Positions 18,262 to 26,721 of a DNA stretch of 33,064 bases are shown in pieces. Location of the stretch: the NCBI GenBank assembly GCA_026986935.1, contig JALSNP010000062.1, positions 1-33,064 of the forward strand, written 5' to 3'. The stretch's first letter is position 1. Each line of letters begins with the position of its first letter. The stretch is from Pyrodictiaceae archaeon. Its GTDB lineage: Archaea > Thermoproteota > Thermoprotei_A > Sulfolobales > Pyrodictiaceae. The notes below the pieces were generated by a model that searched no databases, was not told the origin of the DNA, and saw only the letters and a list, made by a program, of their open reading frames with translations. A program made the position numbers and the translations under genes.

Positions 18262-19065
18262 ATGGTTGTTAGAAGAAAGGAGTTGCCAGACGTGGGTGAG
18301 CTCGTAGTAGCTACAGTGAGAGAAGTATATGATTATGGTGCTTATCTTAATCTGGATGAATACGGTGGCCTAGAGGCTTACCTTCCTTGGAGCGAGGTTG
18401 CTTCCAGATGGGTGCGTAGTATCCACGACGTTGTTAAGCCTGGGCAGAAAGTGGTAGTAAAAGTAATACGTGTTCATAGAAGGAGGAAAACTGTAGACGT
18501 ATCGCTAAAAAGAGTCACAGATAGTGAAAGAAAGAGGAAAATGGCTCAATGGAAGAGGGAGCAGAAGGCACTAAAAATACTTGAGATAATTGGTCAGAAG
18601 AAGGGAAAAACACTAGAAGAAGTATATGAGCTCGTTGGGCGCAAGCTGGAGAATGCGTATGGGGATTTAATGACCGCTTTTGAGGAGGCAGTCATACGAG
18701 GAGAGGAGGCGCTTAGATCAGCAGGGATACCGGAGGAGTGGATAGAGCCCATCCTTGAAGAGGTTAAGCGCCACGTACATGTTAAGAGGGTGAAGATAGA
18801 GGGGACTATAGTTGCTCTATCCAGGGCAGGTGATGGTGTTGAGAGGGTAAGGAAGGTGTTACTATCTATGAAGAATAAGCTTCTCGGATTCTCGAAGGAC
18901 ATCAGCGCTCGTCTCTACACCGTTGGTGCGCCACGCTATAAAGTAGAAATGGAAGCATATGACTATAAGACTCTGGAGAATGCTCTTGAGGAGGCCCTGG
19001 AGGAGGCTGAAAAAGCAGCTAAGCAGCTAGGTGTGGAGTTTAGCTTCTCGCGTGAAAGGAGATGA
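18262..19065 (+). CDS. eif2a: Translation initiation factor aIF2 alpha
   Basis: LPDVGELV S1 domain, LDEY, VDVSLKRV, GAPRY. Confidence 0.97.
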   Translation: MVVRRKELPDVGELVVATVREVYDYGAYLNLDEYGGLEAYLPWSEVASRWVRSIHDVVKPGQKVVVKVIRVHRRRKTVDVSLKRVTDSERKRKMAQWKREQKALKILEIIGQKKGKTLEEVYELVGRKLENAYGDLMTAFEEAVIRGEEALRSAGIPEEWIEPILEEVKRHVHVKRVKIEGTIVALSRAGDGVERVRKVLLSMKNKLLGFSKDISARLYTVGAPRYKVEMEAYDYKTLENALEEALEEAEKAAKQLGVEFSFSRERR

Positions 19066-19077
19066 GGTGATAGATAG

Positions 19078-19260
19078 GTGCAATGGCTTCTAAGAAGATG
19101 TAGTGTGTGTGGACGCTATACTCTTAGGAGAGATAAGTGTCCTCTATGTGGAGGCCCTGTCCAAGTGCCTCATCCTCCTAGATTCTCGCCAGAAGATAAG
19201 TATGTTGCATATCGTTACCGTATGAAGCTACTTGCTATACAGGAGAGGAGACAGGATTAG
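19078..19260 (+). CDS. nop10: H/ACA RNP protein Nop10
   Basis: C..CGRYTL...CP.CG...PHPPRFSPEDKY..YR. Confidence 0.97.
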   Translation: MQWLLRRCSVCGRYTLRRDKCPLCGGPVQVPHPPRFSPEDKYVAYRYRMKLLAIQERRQD

Positions 19261-19292
19261 AAAATTACATTGTGATCGCATTGTCGGTGTTT

Positions 19293-19799
19293 TTACCAGG
19301 GTACTGGTTTGAGTCTAAGGCGGTGAGCGGCCACATTAGTCGCCCTATGTAGTATTATTATAATTGGTGCGAAGCCTAGTATGATTCTCGGATCAAGTAC
19401 TATGTGTGCAACGTATAGTAGGTAGAGAACGCCCGAATAGAAATCAAGCTGGTCAAGTACTGGTGCTGGTGCTCCTCTTGCGAGCCCTAATCTTCTTTTG
19501 ATAAATGCTCCAAGAATATCGCCTAGGAGCGCGCCGAGGGATGCGAGTACACCTGCGTAGAAAATTAAGGGTGAGCAGGTGAGGGCGGAGAGCAAGAACG
19601 CTATAACGGATCCGTAAAGAAACCCTATTATTAGTCCTTCCCATGTCTTACCGGGGCCTAGTAACGGTCTCCCATCGGGTAGGCGAACTCCCCTATCAAT
19701 CGGTGTGCCCTTGTATCGTAGCAGTACTGGTGACCCATTTGCTGCCAGCGCTGGTAGTATTACGAGTATTGAGTCCAGGGGGCTCAACAAGTGCTCCAT
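19293..19799 (-). CDS. carS: CDP-archaeol synthase CarS
   Basis: PA..AN..PV, PID.G...DGR.LLG.GKTWEG, GD..GAFIKRR, LDQLDF, K.VPW. Confidence 0.95.
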   Translation of the reverse strand: MEHLLSPLDSILVILPALAANGSPVLLRYKGTPIDRGVRLPDGRPLLGPGKTWEGLIIGFLYGSVIAFLLSALTCSPLIFYAGVLASLGALLGDILGAFIKRRLGLARGAPAPVLDQLDFYSGVLYLLYVAHIVLDPRIILGFAPIIIILHRATNVAAHRLRLKPVPW

Positions 19800-20377
19800 T
19801 CTATTCCACCTTTGGATATTTTGAAAGTTGCTTCAAAACTCCTTGGCCTCTCAATCAATATCCTTCTAAGATTACCCCCTACATGCTCAAGACGCGCGAT
19901 ACCCTTGCTCCAGAAATATATAGCGTTCTCTGCAAGCGGCCTATCCTCCCCTGCCCCGGGATCCCTATGCACCATAGCTGTAAGAATAATGGGTAGTCCT
20001 AAAACTTCGTGAATACGACGCAGCGCTGCGAGAGCGAAAAGAGTAGCACTATACCCTGCTCCCCCCTCTCGTGCAAAGACGTTAATAGGGTCAAACACGG
20101 CTAGGTCAAACATGTGGAAATTATGCCTTAACAATACATCTACCAGGTCAACATAATCGGTGACGTTTCTTAACAAGATTATTCTAAGATTAATGCCTAG
20201 TGTACTCATTCTCTCAACTGTTGGTGCCAGTTGGGTACTAACATATAGGCACGAGGATATACAGTAGTATTTTACAAACTCCAATGCAAGATTAGTTTTA
20301 CCAGAACCTGGCCCACCATAGATGGTTAGCAATGTAGGCCAGCCTAGCACGTCTAGAACTTTTTTGCAGAGAGCCAC
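19784..20377 (-). CDS. RadB-like RecA-superfamily ATPase (core domain only)
   Basis: IYGGPGSGKTN Walker A, LAVFD Walker B, WSKGIARLE and RRILIERPRS..F.I...GI C-terminal pattern like RadB; GTG start with GGGGAGG SD. Confidence 0.75.
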   Translation of the reverse strand: MALCKKVLDVLGWPTLLTIYGGPGSGKTNLALEFVKYYCISSCLYVSTQLAPTVERMSTLGINLRIILLRNVTDYVDLVDVLLRHNFHMFDLAVFDPINVFAREGGAGYSATLFALAALRRIHEVLGLPIILTAMVHRDPGAGEDRPLAENAIYFWSKGIARLEHVGGNLRRILIERPRSFEATFKISKGGIEWSTC

Positions 20378-20433
20378 TTATCCTCCCCTTCTCCGAAACT
20401 AGCATAACTCTCTAGGGGGTAACGGGCGGCTCA

Positions 20434-21048
20434 ATGACGACTAATGTAATCGCCTGGATTAATAATATGGAACTGGCTCATAAATTTCTAGAGCTAGCCA
20501 GGATCATGGGCTTAAACGTTAAGATACCGAGATCAATAAATATAAAGTGCGATAGAAACGATATAATTATAACAGATGATCCCGGTGTTTTCTCATCGCT
20601 TCGGAGAGGTTGTAGAATAATTCTCATAAGGAATAACGATACGTTGTCAAGCCTCATCGATATCGTATCAGTGTTGATCGGGACCCCGTCAGAGATAGTT
20701 GTTGGCGTGGACTTGGGCAAAAATAAGCTTGCTTATGTAGTGATAGCTGCAGGCTCAGTACTAGACTATGGGATCTGTATTAACTGCATAGAGGATTTTG
20801 TAGAAAAAATCTGTAGAATTGGGTCAAGGAAAGTAGTTGTGGGTATAGGCTACACGGACAGTGTTTCTAGGGCTGCAGAGAAGCTCTACCAGCTACTCCA
20901 CGGGTGCGGAGTAGAGGCGGTAATAGTAAACGAAGAAGAGTCCAATAGAACTACTCTTATGGGGCTTAGGGGAAGCGAACAATTACGGAAAACCGATCTG
21001 AGAGCCGCTGCGATAGTAGCTTTGCGCTCAAGGTCTTGGAAGAGGTAG
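20434..21048 (+). CDS. YqgF/RuvX-like RNase H-fold nuclease with an extra N-terminal alpha/beta domain
   Basis: IVVGVDLG, VVVGIG, IVNEEES and D..AAAIV match the four YqgF-family motifs. Confidence 0.7.
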   Translation: MTTNVIAWINNMELAHKFLELARIMGLNVKIPRSINIKCDRNDIIITDDPGVFSSLRRGCRIILIRNNDTLSSLIDIVSVLIGTPSEIVVGVDLGKNKLAYVVIAAGSVLDYGICINCIEDFVEKICRIGSRKVVVGIGYTDSVSRAAEKLYQLLHGCGVEAVIVNEEESNRTTLMGLRGSEQLRKTDLRAAAIVALRSRSWKR

Positions 21049-21080
21049 CTACTAAGCGGTTGTCAGCGAGGGGTTATGAA

Positions 21081-22361
21081 ATGATTACAAGGATTAGACT
21101 AGACCCGGGGCAAATTGTTAGAGTGATGGGTCCTGCACGGGCTAGAGTTGTTTCGGGCCAAGTGCTCGTGCTCGGTGCTATTTTTAATCCAGGCGATGAG
21201 TTCGCTATAAGCAAGTATAGAAGCTATGCGATAAAGGGTTTAGTTGAAACTAGTATTGAGATAGTGCTTGATGCTGGCGGCTCTATAGAGAAGCCGTTAC
21301 CCGGAGAAGAGGTTATAGATAAATGGGTTAGTGAAATAGATTCCCTCATACAGAAGGGATGCCGACGCATTATAGTAGTCGGGCCCGTTGATTCGGGTAA
21401 AACCAGTGTCGTCGCTCTTGCGAGTAATAGAAGCCTATTAAGAGGGTTTAGAGTCGGCGTCATTGACGCCGATGTGGGTCAAGCTGATATAGGCCCACCA
21501 GCTTCCGTATCAGCCTCCGTAGTTTCTAAGCAGATTCTATGGCTTAGAGAGCTCGAGGCGGATCACATCAGGTTTATAGGCTCTATTACGCCTCAGCGAA
21601 ACGAGCGAAGAATAGTAGCAGCAGTGGTTGACCTAGTATCAAGGCTAGAGAGGAAAGGCGTGGATACAATAATAGTTGATACTGATGGGTGGATTCAGGG
21701 TATTAACTCGATAGAATACAAAGCCGAGATGGCTAGATTCATAAACGCGGATGCAGTAATAATAGTTGGTGACGATTTCCTATACCAATCAGTTAAGCAG
21801 ATTTTCTCGGGTCTCCCCTGCCGAGCTGTGTTCCTCGAGTCTCCTAAGATAAGGCGCGAACGTAGCAGAGACGAGAGGAGAGCGCTTAGAAGTGAGGCGT
21901 ATAGGAGGTATCTTACGCCGTTGTATGAACGTTTGGTTGATCTAAGTAGTGTCTCGATATATGGTTCGTGTTTCTTTTCAGGGAGGCGGGTTAGGGGCAG
22001 AGAGGAAGAGTTTCAGAAAATGCTGCGCGTGAGGGTACTTGGTGTAAGTGAGACAAGCGATACGTACTATGTTGTTACAGAGGGGCAGCCCCCGGCTCAG
22101 GCTATTGGGGCAGCTATAGAGAGGCTTGAGAAGCAAGTCTATGTACTGGATAAAAACATTGCTAGGGGTGCACTATTATCAATAATAGGTAGTGATTACC
22201 AAGAAAAAGCGCTAGGGATACTCAAAGACTTTGATCTTGGCAAGAGCGTCGCCATTATAGCAACACCCTATACGGGGAAGATTAAAGGAATAATATTCGG
22301 CAGCATACGCTTAGGCGAGGACTTCGAGGAACTAGGTAAGCCATTAAGGTGTGTAATATGA
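21081..22361 (+). CDS. clp1: Clp1/Grc3(Nol9)-family polynucleotide 5'-OH kinase
   Basis: GPVDSGKT, DADVGQADIGPP, VDTDGW, RRERSRDERRALR lid; N-terminal beta-sandwich; ATG at 21081 after GAGGGG. Confidence 0.93.
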   Translation: MITRIRLDPGQIVRVMGPARARVVSGQVLVLGAIFNPGDEFAISKYRSYAIKGLVETSIEIVLDAGGSIEKPLPGEEVIDKWVSEIDSLIQKGCRRIIVVGPVDSGKTSVVALASNRSLLRGFRVGVIDADVGQADIGPPASVSASVVSKQILWLRELEADHIRFIGSITPQRNERRIVAAVVDLVSRLERKGVDTIIVDTDGWIQGINSIEYKAEMARFINADAVIIVGDDFLYQSVKQIFSGLPCRAVFLESPKIRRERSRDERRALRSEAYRRYLTPLYERLVDLSSVSIYGSCFFSGRRVRGREEEFQKMLRVRVLGVSETSDTYYVVTEGQPPAQAIGAAIERLEKQVYVLDKNIARGALLSIIGSDYQEKALGILKDFDLGKSVAIIATPYTGKIKGIIFGSIRLGEDFEELGKPLRCVI

Positions 22362-23626
22362 GTTTGTGCCCAAGCGGCGCAATAGACGAGTTCCTAGAAG
22401 ATCTTGGCTCGTATAAGCCAAAGGAGCACATTATTAGCTGTAATAAAGTTGTGGAGTTGATTAGGAAGTATGATGAGCCGATAATATTTCGTATAGATAA
22501 TAAGCCTTATACTTTTATATCTAATCTGGTTGCGGCACGAGGTAACTTGTATAGAGCGCTTAGAGCGAATAACGATAAAGAGGCTTATGAAAGGCTTATG
22601 AGAGCTGTTAGAGAGCCTGGCCGCCTTGTTTACGAGGACTTTAATAAGTATTTTCAATACCGTTCATCAAGTGTAGTAGATCTACCCGCCATAAGATTTT
22701 ATGAACGAGATGGCGGCGAATACATTTCGTCATCAATGTTCGTTGCATGCAGTGATGGTATCTGCAACGCCTCTATACACAGGATCATGGTCAATACGGA
22801 GCAAAACTACGCTGCAGCTCGGATAGTGCCGCGCCATCTTTACACACTACTGCGTGAGAAGGGCTCACTACCCGTAGCCATAAGTATAGGTACACATCCC
22901 TTAGTTCTCCTCGCTGCCGCTATGAGTCCTCCTCTAGGCTTCTTCGAATTAAATGTCGCAGCCTCTCTGCTGGGCGGATGTATGAGGGTATGCAAGACAC
23001 CGTATTTCGGCTTACCAGTTCCGTGCGGCTCCTCGCTAGTCGTCGAGGCTGTGCTTGGCCCTGAGCGTCGAAGAGAAGGGCCTTTCGTTGATTTATTGCA
23101 ATTATACGATCGTGTACGAGATGAGCCTGTACTCCACGTCAAAGCTATATATACTAATAAGGTGTATACACCGCTTATCCACGCGATTCTCCCCGGAGGC
23201 TATGAACACATGATTCTGATGGGGTTCCCACGGGAAGCAGCAATATACGAAGCAGTTTCACGGGCAATTCCACGAGTCCATAAGGTGAGGCTAACAAGAG
23301 GCGGAGGAATGTGGCTCCACGCGGTCGTATCCATAGAGAAAACACATGACGGTGACGGTAAGACAGCGGCTTTCGCCGCTCTTGCAGCGCACCCAAGCCT
23401 AAAACACGTAATAGTTGTCGATGAGGACATAGACCCGGATGATCCATGGGAAGTGGAGTGGGCCATAGCCACTAGGGTACAGGCAGACCGCGATGTCGTA
23501 ATAATAAGGAACTCGCGTGGTTCAACTCTCGACCCGAGCGCAGAGGAGGGGCTCACAGCCAAGATGATAATAGACGCGACCGCCCCCCTTTCTAGGAGAA
23601 AAGAGTTCGAGAGACCAAGGAGCTAG
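22358..23626 (+). CDS. UbiD-family decarboxylase, probably anhydromevalonate phosphate decarboxylase
   Basis: ERDGG.Y, NASIHR, RHL, EGPF, KHVIVVDEDID, EWAIATR, GSTLDPS; adjacent to aconitase X genes; ATGA overlap with clp1. Confidence 0.85.
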   Translation: MSLCPSGAIDEFLEDLGSYKPKEHIISCNKVVELIRKYDEPIIFRIDNKPYTFISNLVAARGNLYRALRANNDKEAYERLMRAVREPGRLVYEDFNKYFQYRSSSVVDLPAIRFYERDGGEYISSSMFVACSDGICNASIHRIMVNTEQNYAAARIVPRHLYTLLREKGSLPVAISIGTHPLVLLAAAMSPPLGFFELNVAASLLGGCMRVCKTPYFGLPVPCGSSLVVEAVLGPERRREGPFVDLLQLYDRVRDEPVLHVKAIYTNKVYTPLIHAILPGGYEHMILMGFPREAAIYEAVSRAIPRVHKVRLTRGGGMWLHAVVSIEKTHDGDGKTAAFAALAAHPSLKHVIVVDEDIDPDDPWEVEWAIATRVQADRDVVIIRNSRGSTLDPSAEEGLTAKMIIDATAPLSRRKEFERPRS

Positions 23627-23637
23627 GGTTCCGAGAC

Positions 23638-24831
23638 ATGTACTTATCTAAAGAGGAAGAAAGCATGCTTAATGGGGAGGAAGGAGAAGCAGCGAGGCTA
23701 GCGATGAAACTCGTAGTTAAGGTGGGAGAGGCTCTGGGAGCTGAGCGCCTGGTTAAGATAAGCCATGCGCATGCAAGCGGGATATCGTATGATAACATAG
23801 GCGATGCCGGGCTAGAGTTCTTAGAGAACCTATACAATGGCGGCGGAAGAGTAAGAGTATTCTCAACGTTCAACCCTGTAGGAATGTGTATAGGGCTAGA
23901 ACCTCCTCCGAGACTAAGAGAAGATCCTAATTTTGTCAAAAAACAGGTGAAAATAATTAAACTCCTAAGGCTTATGGGTTTCGAAGATAGCGTAACATGT
24001 ACGCCTTACCGTATAAGGACTCCCCGTCTCGGCGAGCACCTTGCCTGGGGGGAGTCAAGCGCTGTCGCAGCAGCTAACACCCTCTACGGCGCGCGTACTA
24101 ACCGCGAAGGTGGCCCCCTTGCTCTAGCAGCCGCTATTGTGGGGAGAACCTACTATTGGGGATTACACATAGAGGAGAACAGGCAGCCAACTATAAGGCT
24201 CCGTGTACCTGGCTTCAATATAGATGATGAGGTGACCGCGGGGCTCCTAGGGTACTACATGGGCATTAATATGAGCGATAACGTGCCGCTTGTCGATGCA
24301 AAAGTAACTAGTGAGCGCTATGTGATATCCATGTGTGCTGCGGCGGCGGCAAGTGGTAATATAGCTATGTGCTTAGTGAAAGGAGTATCGCCCGAATATC
24401 GCGAACCCAGAGACCCTATTGAGGGAGTAGAGGTAAGTTACTCGGATTTAACAAGTTTGAAGGAAACAATAGAATCAGCTAGCCTAGATGAAGCTGAGCT
24501 ATTCTTTACCGGTTGTCCTCACCACGATGTAGATCTCTTATTCCAGGTAGCAGAGTACTTATCCGCTAAGAACGTGGCAAAGCTGAAGAGAGAACTATGG
24601 ATAGCAATACCTGGCTATAGGGCTAGCAAGGTAAGAGACCTCGCAGATGCTCTTCGTCGCAAAAACGTATACGTAGTGCCTGGAACATGTATAGTGGTTT
24701 CAAGGCTCCGCGGAAAAGCTGACGCGATTGCAACTGATTCACTGAAGACAGCCTTTTACATGCCTCGTAGACACAACATAAGAGTCGCCTTAAGCACCAT
24801 ATGGGAATTCATAGACAAGTTTTCAGCATAG
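23638..24831 (+). CDS. Aconitase X catalytic subunit (phosphomevalonate dehydratase large subunit)
   Basis: MYLSKEEE.ML.GE.G, SGISY, TCTPY, AWGESSA, GARTNREG, GCPH, TDS.K. Confidence 0.92.
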   Translation: MYLSKEEESMLNGEEGEAARLAMKLVVKVGEALGAERLVKISHAHASGISYDNIGDAGLEFLENLYNGGGRVRVFSTFNPVGMCIGLEPPPRLREDPNFVKKQVKIIKLLRLMGFEDSVTCTPYRIRTPRLGEHLAWGESSAVAAANTLYGARTNREGGPLALAAAIVGRTYYWGLHIEENRQPTIRLRVPGFNIDDEVTAGLLGYYMGINMSDNVPLVDAKVTSERYVISMCAAAAASGNIAMCLVKGVSPEYREPRDPIEGVEVSYSDLTSLKETIESASLDEAELFFTGCPHHDVDLLFQVAEYLSAKNVAKLKRELWIAIPGYRASKVRDLADALRRKNVYVVPGTCIVVSRLRGKADAIATDSLKTAFYMPRRHNIRVALSTIWEFIDKFSA

Positions 24832-24864
24832 CTAGGCACCAATAGGAGCCCTAGGTGTAGCGCC

Positions 24865-25254
24865 TTGGAGATAGTGGTGAAGCTACGCGGATACGTGGAA
24901 GGCGTGGCAGAGGCCCCCCTCGTTGTAGTGAAGCACCGTATATCATTTTACGGAGAGGTTCACGAGGGTAAACTAGTTGATGGCCGCGCACTAGCTAATA
25001 GAATACTAGTAGCTGAAGGTACACGTGGAAGCACTGTAGCCCCTTACATAATCTATGGATTAAGCAAAAAAGGACAAGCCCCTAAAGCTATAGTTGTTAG
25101 CAAAATCGAGCCAATGCTTGTAGCGGGCTGCGTTATGGCATCTATTCCACTAGCAGGAGGGCTTCCAAGAAACATCATTGATAAATTGAGAGATGGATGC
25201 AAAGGCAAGCTTGTAGTAGAACCGCCTTCAGCCCAAATGATCATAACATGCTAA
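24865..25254 (+). CDS. Aconitase X swiveling subunit, DUF126 (phosphomevalonate dehydratase small subunit)
   Basis: ISFYG, RGSTV, APKAIV, GCVMASIP. Confidence 0.9.
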   Translation: MEIVVKLRGYVEGVAEAPLVVVKHRISFYGEVHEGKLVDGRALANRILVAEGTRGSTVAPYIIYGLSKKGQAPKAIVVSKIEPMLVAGCVMASIPLAGGLPRNIIDKLRDGCKGKLVVEPPSAQMIITC

Positions 25255-25655
25255 TCCTTCTCATCTTTAACCTCCTCTTTAACACTCCTAGCCCTCTCAG
25301 CAGTCTTCATTGTAGCTAATATGCGCTCAGTACGCTCCAATACGTCAAGCCACTTACCCAGCTCGGCAATCCCCTCGGCGCCCCTCTCCATAGCCCTAGC
25401 TATCTCCTCGGCTGCGAGTCTCTCCAGACGCTCTAGTACACCCTGAACAGTTATCCTCGTCACTTCGCTCTCAGTTTTAACGATATAAACCCTGCCATGA
25501 ACAGGGCAAATAACCTCTCCACTTCTAAGCCTAAATAATGGCAATCCGCATATAGGGCATCTCTCTGAAAGCATTGTAGCACCAGCACGTAACAAATCAG
25601 CCATCTTCTTAATCACGTCCTGGTTCTTATTCCCCTCTTCACGTCTAAAGCTCAA
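25251..25655 (-). CDS. UPF0148 / autoantigen p27-like Zn-ribbon protein
   Basis: KKMADLLRAGATML...CPICGLPLF....G...CPVHG; likely TTG start at 25655 after GGGTG. Confidence 0.88.
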   Translation of the reverse strand: MSFRREEGNKNQDVIKKMADLLRAGATMLSERCPICGLPLFRLRSGEVICPVHGRVYIVKTESEVTRITVQGVLERLERLAAEEIARAMERGAEGIAELGKWLDVLERTERILATMKTAERARSVKEEVKDEKD

Positions 25656-25797
25656 AACGCACACCCAACTACTTATCAACACTTGAAGCGGTACGTATAA
25701 ACTAGATTCTAGGAAAAAGGGGAATGCACGGCAGAGGTAAAGCCCCTCGGGGGCTCCAAAACAGCCCGAGATAATTACCGCGAGGGGTGATTAGATA

Positions 25798-26070
25798 ATG
25801 GCGGCCCCCATATATGATAACCAGGCAAAGATAAGACAAGCCATAGTAATGCTTATGAGAATAATAAATGATACAGCTGTTCCTAGGAATATAAGAAGAG
25901 CAGCAACAGAGGCAATTAAACAACTACGCGATGAATCAATAAGCCCTGCTGTAAGAGCAGCTAATGCAATAAGCATTCTCGATGAAATAAGCCAGGACCC
26001 CAATATGCCCATCTACGCGAGAACAATAATATGGAACGTCATAACATTGCTTGAAACAGTAAAGGACTAA
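25798..26070 (+). CDS. UPF0147 family protein
   Basis: [26 protein letters not shown]. Confidence 0.93.
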   Translation: MAAPIYDNQAKIRQAIVMLMRIINDTAVPRNIRRAATEAIKQLRDESISPAVRAANAISILDEISQDPNMPIYARTIIWNVITLLETVKD

Positions 26071-26161
26071 TCACCTACTATTAGAGAACAAAATACAAAT
26101 ATGTTTTGTTTTATAAGATAAGTTTCTTGCCAGCTTATTATATCTTAGTCAAACAACTATT

Positions 26162-26365
26162 TTAAACAATTATCTCTATTACCTGTGCCCGTGGATCGTA
26201 CCTGGGCTCAGCGTGTACCTCGGGTATCTTTATTCCCTCTTTTCGTAGCAAATGCTCTATAGCCGCTCTAATGACCTCGCTTCTTGACATTCCTTTCATC
26301 TTCGCATAGGTATCAAGAACTCTTAACAGCTCCTCGTCTAGTTTAAATGTGACTATGCGCTGCAT
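26162..26365 (-). CDS. Ribbon-helix-helix (CopG) regulator, similar to Sulfolobales aCcr1
   Basis: RIVTFKLDEELL..LD.YA...G.SRSEVIR.AIE closely matches the aCcr1-type RHH pattern as recalled; GGGGAG SD. Confidence 0.85.
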   Translation of the reverse strand: MQRIVTFKLDEELLRVLDTYAKMKGMSRSEVIRAAIEHLLRKEGIKIPEVHAEPRYDPRAQVIEIIV

Positions 26366-26384
26366 AACATATCTCCCCTACTTA

Positions 26385-26403
26385 TAGTGTTACCTAGTGT
26401 TGA
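26385..26403. promoter_or_regulatory. Tandem TAGTGTT repeat upstream of the RHH gene (putative auto-operator)
   Basis: TAGTGTTAC and TAGTGTTGA start at 26385 and 26395 (10-bp period), 20-40 nt upstream of the start codon. Confidence 0.5.
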
Positions 26404-26552
26404 CAGAATATAGAAGGAGGTATGGATGAGTGCTCCATAGGGGGAGGGGGCTAAGCGTAACTAAACCAACCTACACGATATTATCGATTTTATCAGTAAA
26501 GGTACTTAGATGCGATTCTGGAGTATAATCCATGAATGTAGGGAAGGTCTTA

Positions 26553-26640
26553 TGGTGCGGGGGGTGGGATTTGAACCCACGCAGGCCTACGCCAGCGGGT
26601 CCTGAGCCCGCCCCCTTTGACCTGGCTCGGGCACCCCCGC
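26553..26640 (-). tRNA. tRNA-Leu(CAG), long variable arm, CCA encoded
   Basis: Reverse complement reads GCGGGGGTGCCCGAGCCAGGTCAAAGG...CT-CAG-GA...GGTTCAAATCCCACCCCCCGCACCA. Confidence 0.98.
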
Positions 26641-26721
26641 GCCCTCTTGGCCCAGTGCTCACCGTGTTTTCTACTACTAGTGGCTACGGGTATAGGGTTT
26701 TTGTGGCTGACTCTCTTGGCT

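Noticed and set aside
25746-25790. Resemblance to the 5' half of a TPP riboswitch or to an H/ACA RNA
   Set aside because: It has CCGAGA rather than CUGAGA, lacks the pyrophosphate-sensing half and an ACA box, and the downstream gene is unrelated to thiamine.
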